From the NCBI RefSeq assembly GCF_004102945.1, contig NZ_CP019384.1, positions 960,001 through 992,000 on the forward strand: a stretch of DNA of 32,000 nt, read 5' to 3'. The position numbers and the translations under genes were made by a program. This DNA comes from Candidatus Velamenicoccus archaeovorus. Lineage in GTDB: Bacteria > Omnitrophota > Gorgyraeia > Velamenicoccales > Velamenicoccaceae. Position 1 is the stretch's first letter; the number at the start of each line of letters is the position of its first letter. The notes below the pieces were generated by a model. That model ran no database searches. It worked only from the letters and a program-made list of their open reading frames with translations, and was not told the origin of the DNA. Of the stretch, positions 19,543 through 27,040 are shown piece after piece.

Positions 19543-20996
19543 CCCCGGCTTTCCGAAATAAACTGGTGAGGTTTTGTTCTGCCGAAACTGTCCTGGAATC
19601 TGACAATGTCTGTTTCCGTAAGACTTGCGCCTGTCTGCACCTCGACGATCTTTAAAATAGTCTTCTCCCTGTTCTCGAGACGGTGGCGATGGCCTTTGGG
19701 GATAAATGTGCTTTCATTCTTGTGGACACGGTAACGACCTTTGCCGTTTGTGATCGTGGCCTGCCCCTGGATCACGACCCAGTGTTCGCTGCGTTTCCTA
19801 TGAAGCTGGAGGCTCAAAGATCTTCCTGGCAGGACCTCCACAAGCTTGATCTTGAAACCCGGCCCTGTTTCAAGAACCGTATAGCTCCCCCATGGGCGCT
19901 TGACAGTGACATGACAAAAATGTTCTTCTCTGTTTTTCTTTTTCAAGATATCCACAACCTGCTTGACGTCTTCACTCTTCTTTTTATCGGCAATAAAAAG
20001 AGCGTCGGGCGTATCAACCACAATCAATCCTTTGAGGCCGATGGTGGCTATCAAATGCTCGCGTCCGAGCACCGTCAGATCTCGGCTGCCGATATCGACA
20101 ATGTCGGCGAGCAAGAGATTGCTGTTTTTATCTTTGCGCTGAAGCTCGTCCCATGCCTGCCAGCTACCGAGATCCGACCAACCAAGCCCGTCAGCCGGGA
20201 TCATGGCTGCATTTCTTGTCTTCTCCATTACACCGTAATCGAAAGAAACAGGACGGATCCTGTTCCACGACGCCAAGCCCTCTTCTCCTTCGGCCGAGGC
20301 CGCAGCAGAAACCTGTTTCAAGAGCAAAGGCAGATGCGTGCGTATGGCCGACAAAAATACCCCCACACTACCGACGAAAATACCGCTATTCCAGAAATAC
20401 GAACCTTGTTTCAGGAATTTTTTGGCCGTTTTCAAATCCGGTTTCTCGCAGAACCTCTCAACACGACGCAAGATATTTGCCGGACCAAAGCTTCCCTTGG
20501 ACGGCGCTTTGATATAACCGTATCCCATTGCCGGGCGATGAGGCGGGATCCCGAAAACGACAAAACGGTCGCGGCAGTTGGCAAAAGCGCGCCGTATAAG
20601 AAGAGAAAACCTGTTCTTATTCGTTATCTGCTGGTCACATGGAAGGACGGCGACGCTGGCGTCTTCATCCTTGCAACGATCAAAGATGATCTTGGCAGCC
20701 AAAGCTATGGCGGGAGCCGTATTTTTGGGGGTAGGTTCAAAAATCAGGTTGGAAAGCGGGATATTGAATGAAGCAGTCTCCGATCTTATGATATCCCCAT
20801 ACAGGGGCGAGGTAACAATATAAATATTTTTAGCCGGAATGAGAGAATGGATACGCTCCAGGGAACGTCGAAAAAGACTCTTGTCTCTCCCCAGCCGAAG
20901 GAACTGCTTTGGTTCGAGCGTCCGGCTCTGGGGCCAAAATCTGCTGCCGACTCCGCCGGCCAGTAAAACGGCGTATCTGGCGTCGCTATTTCTCAT
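19539..20996 (-). CDS. manC: Bifunctional mannose-1-phosphate guanylyltransferase / type II mannose-6-phosphate isomerase
   Basis: '[17 protein letters not shown]' nucleotidyltransferase motif. C-terminal cupin '[45 protein letters not shown]'. Track start 21008 is TTG, so I prefer ATG 20996. Confidence 0.85.
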
Positions 20997-21654
20997 CTTT
21001 TTTCCCAAAAATAAACCTGAAGAACCTGACGGTGTCTTTCACGGGATGAATCGCGCTGTATTGACCGTCATAGACGGATGTGATAGGAACGGATTCAATC
21101 TTGAACCCCGCGCGCGCGACTTCCAGAAGCATCTCTGATTCGATTTCATATCGATCTGTGTTCAGGGAGATCGCCCGCAAGGCATCCATAGAAATAAGTC
21201 GAAAACCGCACTGGGTATCGGGAACGCGCTGACGGCACATCCTGGAGATCATAAAAGACATGAAGGCATTTGTCAGCTGTCTGATAAAAGGCATCCTCTT
21301 GGGCTTATGCATCCTGTTGCCGACCACAAGTCCAGGGGATTTCTCACGAAAACACCGGATAAACTGGTCGACGTCCGAAGGCAAATGCTGGCCATCTCCG
21401 TCCATGACGATCACGCCTTCATAAGCACGGGCCTTGAGGATCTCAAAGGCCTTGCGTAAAGAAGCGCCTTTGCCGAGGTTGCGCTCGTTAATGATGACTT
21501 CCGCGCCGTTGGCGTGCGCGAGCCTGGCTGTCTGGTCTATAGACCCGTCATCGATCGCCGTGACATCGAACCCCTTGGCCCTCAAGCTCATGACCAGCCA
21601 GCCGATCGTTTTTTCCTCGTTGAACGACGGAATAAGACAAACGAAAGCGCTCAT
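20986..21654 (-). CDS. Small soluble GT2 glycosyltransferase
   Basis: 'CLIPSFNEEKTIG', 'IDDGSIDQT' and 'VIVMDGDGQHLPSD' (DxD). Start placed at ATG 21654, which forms an ATGA overlap with the upstream stop, rather than 21684. Confidence 0.65.
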   Translation of the reverse strand: MSAFVCLIPSFNEEKTIGWLVMSLRAKGFDVTAIDDGSIDQTARLAHANGAEVIINERNLGKGASLRKAFEILKARAYEGVIVMDGDGQHLPSDVDQFIRCFREKSPGLVVGNRMHKPKRMPFIRQLTNAFMSFMISRMCRQRVPDTQCGFRLISMDALRAISLNTDRYEIESEMLLEVARAGFKIESVPITSVYDGQYSAIHPVKDTVRFFRFIFGKKDEK

Positions 21655-22493
21655 TCTTTCCAAAACTCCCTGAACATCATCCATTGTGTGGGATATTTTC
21701 TGATCTGTGCCTCGATGGAACGCGTATAAGCTTCGATATATTCGTCTTCCGTCAACCCTTGGGCCAGCGGTCTTGAAAAAGTAAGCGTATGGTGATCGTG
21801 CTCATCCCGAGCAACGAAGCCTGTAATGATCGCGGCCCCCGTCCTGGTGGCCAGAATGGCAGGGCCGCGGGGCATCATTTTTTTCTCCCCCAAAAAATCC
21901 ATCAGTTTTCCATTGTTTGAAAAAACCCTGTCGCCCACAAGAGCTACAAGTTGATTTTTATGCAAGGCTTCATATATCCTTCTTAGCGCAATACCCAGGG
22001 AAGGAACGACAATCGCCCCGATGCGTTCCCTTTGCCTGTTGAACAAAGCGTTGACCTTCGGATGACGGTGCGGCAAAGCCACCGCCACAAAGGGATAGCC
22101 TAAAAGGGCCATACAGACACCTCCCAATTCCCAATTATCCAGGTGGGCTGCGACGATAATAACACCCTTGCCTTTTTTCAGGGCCTCATCAATGTATTCA
22201 AGGCCGCTGATGGTCATGATCTTGCGGATGTCTTCCTTTTTGAGATATTTAACGCGGAAAAATTCGATCAGATATTTGCCGAAATTCACGAATACCTGCT
22301 TGGCGAAACTATTGACCTGATGATGCTGTTCGCGAGGAAGAATTTTCAGAAGGTTGCTGATGACCGCGCGCCTGTCGCGGGGAGAAAGATAATATTTCGC
22401 ATAGGAAAGCGCAATCGCCACCCCGTAAGCGGCTTTCAGGGGTAAAAAGGTCGCAAAAAAATAACCTATCCGGTAAAAGACATATGCGATCAT
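21651..22493 (-). CDS. LpxL/HtrB-family (lysophospholipid/lipid A-type) acyltransferase
   Basis: N-terminal membrane anchor. 'VAAHLDNWELGG' equals the family HX4[DE] catalytic motif (H-[LF]-[GD]-N-W-E). 280 aa. Confidence 0.7.
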   Translation of the reverse strand: MIAYVFYRIGYFFATFLPLKAAYGVAIALSYAKYYLSPRDRRAVISNLLKILPREQHHQVNSFAKQVFVNFGKYLIEFFRVKYLKKEDIRKIMTISGLEYIDEALKKGKGVIIVAAHLDNWELGGVCMALLGYPFVAVALPHRHPKVNALFNRQRERIGAIVVPSLGIALRRIYEALHKNQLVALVGDRVFSNNGKLMDFLGEKKMMPRGPAILATRTGAAIITGFVARDEHDHHTLTFSRPLAQGLTEDEYIEAYTRSIEAQIRKYPTQWMMFREFWKE

Positions 22494-23611
22494 TTGTTAC
22501 TCAAGACAAAGGCCGCGATATCACACGAAGAGGTCGCCTTTGCCAGCGAGCGCCCTTTCATGTTCGATAATGTCCCGGCATCGGCCGCGCCTCCCGCCAG
22601 AATACAGCGAACCGCAGGCACCACATCTGAAACGCCGGCCGCGCTGAGTGCCGCCTGGGCATCGATCAGAAAATCCGTATTCCTGGCCTCTTGGCCCGGG
22701 ATGGGATTCAAGATCACCATGGGCAAGCCTTTGGCAAGGGATTCAGCCGTCGTAATACCGCCAGGCTTTGTGATCACGAGATTCGCCGCACTCATCAATT
22801 GTTCAATCTCGTTCGTGTATTTAAATGTCAGAACGCGTTTTTGGAAACGCCGGTTCACCATCCACCTGTAGAGCTTGCGGTTAAGGCCGCAGACCACCAT
22901 CATCTGCATCGGCAATTCGCACTCATCCAGCTGTTTGATGATCTGTTTGATGGGGCCGAGTCCATGACCGCCCCCCATCACCAAAACAGCGGGAATATCC
23001 TTGTCCAGACCGTATTGCGCACGGATTTCTACGGCATCAACGGCTTTGGCGAATTTGGGGTCAATAGGGATGCCCAGCACTCGTATCTTCTCGGGCGGCA
23101 CGCCTTTACGAGAAAGCTCCTGGCTGGCCTGTTCGCCGGCCACAACATAAAAATCAACTTCATCGTAAACCCAAAATGAATGCGGCGCAAAATCCGTCAA
23201 GACCCCGTAAAGCTTAAAACGCCCCCCTCGTTCACGTTTATACGCCGACAGGATCCCGCAGGGAAAAGCCTGGGTGCACACAACGGCATCGGCCGAAAAT
23301 TCGCCCAAAAGGTTTTCCAGCTTATTGAATGCCCTGCGGTGCAGCCACGTCTTGAAACCGTCGCTCTTTTTAACAAAAGACGGCCGGTCATAAAGAAAGC
23401 GCCAAATAGACGGAACTCTTTTAATGACAAATAGATAAACCTTATGCGTCAACCATTCCGTGACGGGAAAAAAATAACGGAAAGCATTGATGCATTTTAC
23501 CGTCACAGATGGATCAACGATCTCAAATCCCTTCTTCAAGGCAGAGGCGGCGCTATGATGTCCGGACCGCTCCGTAATATATAAAATCAGCACTCTTTTC
23601 CCTGAAAGCAT
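22490..23611 (-). CDS. GT28 glycosyltransferase, MGDG-synthase / diacylglycerol glycosyltransferase-like
   Basis: 'KRVLILYITERSGHHSAASALKKGF' N-terminal MGDG-synthase-type motif. C-terminal 'VITKPGGITTAESLAKGLPMVILNPIPGQEARN' GT28 C-domain motif. Confidence 0.7.
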   Translation of the reverse strand: MLSGKRVLILYITERSGHHSAASALKKGFEIVDPSVTVKCINAFRYFFPVTEWLTHKVYLFVIKRVPSIWRFLYDRPSFVKKSDGFKTWLHRRAFNKLENLLGEFSADAVVCTQAFPCGILSAYKRERGGRFKLYGVLTDFAPHSFWVYDEVDFYVVAGEQASQELSRKGVPPEKIRVLGIPIDPKFAKAVDAVEIRAQYGLDKDIPAVLVMGGGHGLGPIKQIIKQLDECELPMQMMVVCGLNRKLYRWMVNRRFQKRVLTFKYTNEIEQLMSAANLVITKPGGITTAESLAKGLPMVILNPIPGQEARNTDFLIDAQAALSAAGVSDVVPAVRCILAGGAADAGTLSNMKGRSLAKATSSCDIAAFVLSNK

Positions 23612-23660
23612 AGGTGTCAGTTTAACAGAAAAGTCTTTCTATTTCAAAGGGTTTTAACGA

Positions 23661-23669
23661 ATTTTAGCA
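23661..23669 (-). promoter_or_regulatory. Possible extended -10 promoter element (TGCTAAAAT) for the glycan operon
   Basis: Minus-strand reading 'TTGACATGCTAAAAT' lies ~50 nt upstream of ATG 23611. The TGn-TAAAAT form matches an extended -10. No properly spaced -35. Confidence 0.25.
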
Positions 23670-23755
23670 TGTCAAATTCCTTGGAGAATCAGGTAAAAAG
23701 AGACGGCCAGACGGAGTTGTTTTGCAGACAGAAAGCCAGGATTTCGAGCCTGTTT

Positions 23756-24529
23756 TTATGGCGTTTCAACAGACGTTGCAGCCAGATAGAACATGCCGAA
23801 GGATATCAGGCCCTGGATGCGTACGGGAATGCGTTTTGGGTCGTCCGTCAACCAGATCTTGTATTTGGAAGGTTGGCTTTCGATGTAGAAGACAGAAAAT
23901 CTCCCCAAGGGGACCTTCAGGGAAGTTTTGGATTTCACGGTCAATTCAAATTTTTGTGTTGGAAGATTGACTGCATATGTTTTTCCGACAGCCATGTCCG
24001 GATCATTGCGCAAACGATAGATCAACAAGAGAACATTCTCCAAGGGGGTGTCGGAGGAAATCGTTTCAGTCTGCGAAGCCTTGCCATCCGTGGTCTTTGC
24101 GATAAGCACGCTTTTGCTGCCGGCTGCATATGTTTCCTCGATTGCTTCTTGTTTGCCGAAAAGCCTGACACGTCTCTCTACTTTATGCGGAAATTTGAAA
24201 TCTTCGGAGCCATAGACATCTTCAGTATCATTGACCGAAAATGTTTCGACACGAAGCCTCACATGCTGGCTGACGCCCTCCCGGCTTTCATCGCGTCCCG
24301 CATACGTTAAAACCCCGGAACCGACCTTGATGATATTGGAATAAACACCGAAAGAAATCGTTTCTCCCGCCGGAAAAACTGTTTTTGTGGTGTCTGCGGT
24401 TTTGCGAGCGGCCGCTGGTCTGGCTTCAGTCGGCCCCAAAAGAACCGAGGGCGTAGGGCTAAAAAACAGGAATCCGCCTGCGGCGGCACCCACGATGAAA
24501 ACAACAAGCAAAACTCGATAGAATTTCAT
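23756..24529 (-). CDS. DUF3108-like exported/membrane-anchored protein
   Basis: N-terminal 'MKFYRVLLVVFIVGAAAGGFLFF' signal/anchor. C-terminal 'KIWLTDDPKRIPVRIQGLISFGMFYLAAT' resembles the conserved DUF3108 end. Start set at ATG 24529 (GGGGGAG 9 nt upstream) rather than 24598. Confidence 0.5.
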   Translation of the reverse strand: MKFYRVLLVVFIVGAAAGGFLFFSPTPSVLLGPTEARPAAARKTADTTKTVFPAGETISFGVYSNIIKVGSGVLTYAGRDESREGVSQHVRLRVETFSVNDTEDVYGSEDFKFPHKVERRVRLFGKQEAIEETYAAGSKSVLIAKTTDGKASQTETISSDTPLENVLLLIYRLRNDPDMAVGKTYAVNLPTQKFELTVKSKTSLKVPLGRFSVFYIESQPSKYKIWLTDDPKRIPVRIQGLISFGMFYLAATSVETP

Positions 24530-24665
24530 GCTATGAATCTCCCCCTGGCTGAAGCCAGGGGTTTCTTTCCTGCATGATCCCGCCAGTTTGCTTCGCAAAC
24601 TTCCGGCGGGATAATCTTCGCCGCATTCATCCCCGGCTTGAAAGCTGGGGATTTCTGCGTCTCGA

Positions 24666-24974
24666 TTAAAAAAGATCTCTGGCTTTGTGTTTGTCGGCTA
24701 TGTCTTTGACATCCTGATACTCCACATACGTCAGGTCCGGCCGCTTCTGGCAGACCCTTGCAATCATGGATCCTTTGATGGCGTCGGGATTCTTGCGCAG
24801 GGTGATATAGCGGAAGTCCGTGCCGCATTGGGGACAATACTTTTCCCGGGAATAATCGATCCCTACATGCCGGCAACTGAAACAATCACCCATCAATTCG
24901 CCTGCCACAAGCAGATGCGCCGCCACCGTATCATAATCCAGTTCCTGACCAACCCGAAGATAAACCTTCTCCAT
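24666..24974 (-). CDS. Small hypothetical protein with CxxC...CxxC zinc-ribbon
   Basis: 102 aa. 'CFSCRHVGIDYSREKYCPQCG' is a four-Cys knuckle pair. GGAG 8 nt upstream of ATG 24974. No family recognised. Confidence 0.4.
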   Translation of the reverse strand: MEKVYLRVGQELDYDTVAAHLLVAGELMGDCFSCRHVGIDYSREKYCPQCGTDFRYITLRKNPDAIKGSMIARVCQKRPDLTYVEYQDVKDIADKHKARDLF

Positions 24975-25062
24975 CAGATTACTCCAGCGTGGAATAAATC
25001 ACCAATAACCAAGAAACAATATCCAAATAGAACTCAGTACCCAACCCCAAATCAAAAAACAT

Positions 25063-25407
25063 TTATTCAGATTTTGTAATAATTGCAGATAAAATATTCT
25101 TCAGTTCTCCTACCTCTCTCATGAGGGGTTCAATTTCACCTGCCATGTGGCCGTTGGCCTCAAGGATCAATTCCAACCAATGCAGACTTTCCTTAGCTTC
25201 TCTCCTAGCAATTTTTAAACGTTGGATAAAATCTTTTTTTCCTAAAGGATCGTTGGCTTCTCTGTAATTAGCCCCAACAGAGCCGGATGCGCCGATAACT
25301 TGACTAATTAATCTATCATTCATGGGATTTCTTTGCAAATTTTTACAAATCCGTATAACAGATTTGGCGAATTCAGTCGTTCTTCTTTCTAAATCGTATT
25401 TCATCAT
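25063..25407 (-). CDS. Four-helix-bundle protein (23S rRNA intervening-sequence protein / Avd family)
   Basis: 'FAKSVIRICKNL...LISQVIGASGSVGANYREANDPLGKKDFIQRLKIARREAKESLHWLELI' is the hallmark of this family. Track start 25428 is TTG, so ATG 25407 (or 25404) is more likely. Confidence 0.8.
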   Translation of the reverse strand: MMKYDLERRTTEFAKSVIRICKNLQRNPMNDRLISQVIGASGSVGANYREANDPLGKKDFIQRLKIARREAKESLHWLELILEANGHMAGEIEPLMREVGELKNILSAIITKSE

Positions 25408-25573
25408 TATTAGCTCTCGAAATCCCAAGCATCAAGATACAAAATACAAACAAATTTCAAATCTCAAATTCAAATGACCAAACAGATTTTTTCTCTTTGA
25501 ATGTGGGAATTTGATTGTTGGATTTTATTTGGTTATTGTATCTTGGGATTTGGTCATTTCTTCATTATTAGCT
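25398..25573. repeat. MITE-like imperfect palindrome (A/C-rich arm then G/T-rich arm) flanked by an 18-nt direct repeat
   Basis: Direct repeat 'atttcatcattattagct' (25398-25415) and 'atttcttcattattagct' (25556-25573), 17/18 identical. Exact complementary blocks lie between them: 25420-25429/25542-25551 (10 nt), 25433-25442/25536-25545 (10 nt), 25464-25471/25507-25514 (8 nt), 25472-25482/25549-25559 (11 nt). Confidence 0.55.
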
Positions 25574-25604
25574 ATTTTTCTTGGTGTCTGGATATTTGAA
25601 ATCG

Positions 25605-26129
25605 TCATGTTTTTGCCAAATATATGCCATCTCCTTCGTGCACATCCTTAAAAACCTCCAGGCCGATTTCCTGCCCCTTGACTGCCCGTTCAATCGGTCT
25701 TCGATCGATCTGCATGGAGCCGACCGTCTGCCTGAAATCCGTATTCCGCCCTTTGACCCAGACGGCATCGCCGATCGCCAAAGGAACCCGGCACTTGAAA
25801 ACTGCGGCTTTTACCTTCGGAAAATAATGGGTGATGTCGCCGGCCAAGACCCAAGGCGTCTTGGCGGATTTCTTTACGGCCTTCTTCCGGAGCGCCGGAC
25901 GGAGCGCCGCACGCCGGTGAAGTTTTCGTGCCCTACGCCGCGCCTTATGTCTTACGACTCTCTTCTTCTTTCGGGGGGATATTTTCCTGTGAGAAAAACG
26001 GTTTCTCCGGCGAGGAACAGGACGCATGCGCCTGCGCGCATGCTTTCGTCCTTGCGTCGCGCGCCTTCTTCTGCGTTTTTTAAATCCGAAAACCCGACCA
26101 AGGGTTTTAAAGAATTTTTTAAAAACCAT
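25605..26129 (-). CDS. Protein with ~90-aa Arg/Lys-rich N-terminal region fused to an EF-Tu domain II-like beta-barrel ('translation elongation factor-like' small-protein family)
   Basis: C-terminal 'GDITHYFPKVKAAVFKCRVPLAIGDAVWVKGRNTDFRQTVGSMQIDRRPIERAVKGQEIGLEVFKDVHEGDGIYL' has the alternating beta-barrel pattern of that family. ATG 26129 lies 2 nt after the OsmC stop. The overlapping plus-strand ORF 25581-26360 has no protein-like features. Confidence 0.5.
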   Translation of the reverse strand: MVFKKFFKTLGRVFGFKKRRRRRATQGRKHARRRMRPVPRRRNRFSHRKISPRKKKRVVRHKARRRARKLHRRAALRPALRKKAVKKSAKTPWVLAGDITHYFPKVKAAVFKCRVPLAIGDAVWVKGRNTDFRQTVGSMQIDRRPIERAVKGQEIGLEVFKDVHEGDGIYLAKT

Positions 26130-26131
26130 TC

Positions 26132-26533
26132 TCAGCGGGCCGACTCAAGCGTGATATCAACGTTCAAGCCGCCATGGAGGGTATTATGGATAAGGCAGGA
26201 ACGCGCCGCTTCTAGGATCGCGCGGGCACGCGGGCCGGGATCGGCCTTGGGCAGGCGGACCTTTACTTCAACCGCCGCTATAGATTTTTTGTCATCACTC
26301 AGGCGCCAATCAAGGGAAATAACGCAACCTTCCGCATCGATCTTGGCATTCTGGCAATAACGCACGACATACACGCCGATGCAACTCCCCAGCGAGGCGA
26401 CAAAAAGATCGGGCGGCGCCATCCCTGCGTCCGTTCCGCCTTTCTCAGGCGGAAGATCAATGGTAAGATTGTGTTTTCCTGCCATAGCCTCGAATTTAAT
26501 GCCACCTTGATAAGCGACCGTAAGATTATTCAT
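26132..26533 (-). CDS. OsmC/Ohr-family (peroxiredoxin-like) protein
   Basis: 'GGTDAGMAPPDLFVASLGSCIGVYV' and 'ARSCLIHNTL' carry the two conserved Cys contexts of the OsmC family. 133 aa. Confidence 0.8.
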   Translation of the reverse strand: MNNLTVAYQGGIKFEAMAGKHNLTIDLPPEKGGTDAGMAPPDLFVASLGSCIGVYVVRYCQNAKIDAEGCVISLDWRLSDDKKSIAAVEVKVRLPKADPGPRARAILEAARSCLIHNTLHGGLNVDITLESAR

Positions 26534-27030
26534 GAGAATTTCTCCCAGTGGATCATTTCTTTCGACGCTTTCTTTTGTGGCGCCGGTATTTCGGCAGGCA
26601 TGCCGACGGCGACCAGGCTGACCAGCTTTAAATCCTGAGCTCCACCCAGAAAACCCCTGACTTTATCGGTGTAATCCTTTTTGTCTCCGGCGATCCAGCA
26701 GGCGCCAAGCCCGGCCATCGAGAGCGCCAGTAACGCCTGGGTCGTGGCCGCGCAGCCATCCTCCAGATAATATTTCGTATCATGGCAAAAGACGACAATG
26801 CATGCCGATGCGTATTCAAGAAAAGCGCCATTAGGAGAAACGATCGCGGAGAGTTCCTTGAGGCGGGGTCTTTGCGTGACGACAACAAACTCCCAGGGCT
26901 GGACATTTCTGGCTGTCGGGGCCTGCGAGGCCGCCCAAACGGCCTCCTCTAGGAGCGTCTTAGAAACTTCGCCCGGTTTATACTTGCGGATGCTGCGGCG
27001 ATGGCTGAAAATATCCTTACGGTCGCTCAT
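26530..27030 (-). CDS. Nitroreductase-family flavoprotein
   Basis: 'RRSIRKYKPGEVSKTLLEEAVWAASQAPTARNVQPWEFVVV' is the canonical nitroreductase N-terminal motif. 166 aa. Confidence 0.8.
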   Translation of the reverse strand: MSDRKDIFSHRRSIRKYKPGEVSKTLLEEAVWAASQAPTARNVQPWEFVVVTQRPRLKELSAIVSPNGAFLEYASACIVVFCHDTKYYLEDGCAATTQALLALSMAGLGACWIAGDKKDYTDKVRGFLGGAQDLKLVSLVAVGMPAEIPAPQKKASKEMIHWEKFS

Positions 27031-27040
27031 GCCGTCTCAA

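Noticed and set aside
19683-20771. 362-aa plus-strand ORF, the longest plus-strand ORF in the window
   Set aside because: It is entirely antisense to manC, whose product has unmistakable family motifs. The plus-strand translation has no recognisable domain, is Arg/Ser/Pro-biased like a shadow frame of a GC-rich gene, and has no SD. The same reasoning applies to the other long plus-strand ORFs (8350-8883, 11038-11547, 16010-16513, 22691-23179, 23669-24310, 30714-31313).
24526-24885. 119-aa minus-strand ORF overlapping the zinc-ribbon ORF and the hairpin-rich spacer
   Set aside because: It is out of frame with and largely overlaps the better-supported 24666-24974 ORF (which has GGAG and a zinc-ribbon motif). 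Its sequence is Pro/Arg/Gln-rich without motifs, and its 3' part simply reads through the GC-rich hairpins.
24975-25604. Diversity-generating retroelement (DGR), because the four-helix-bundle protein belongs to the Avd fold family and A-rich repeats flank it
   Set aside because: There is no reverse transcriptase ORF anywhere in the window. There is no TR/VR pair of ~100-bp direct repeats differing at adenines, and no C-type-lectin-type target gene. The repeats are short, inverted and non-coding.
25581-26360. 259-aa plus-strand ORF spanning the basic-protein gene and part of the OsmC gene
   Set aside because: It crosses two well-supported minus-strand genes (the OsmC motifs are clear). Its translation is Pro/Arg/Ser-rich low complexity, produced by reading Arg/Lys codon runs in antisense. 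It has no start context.
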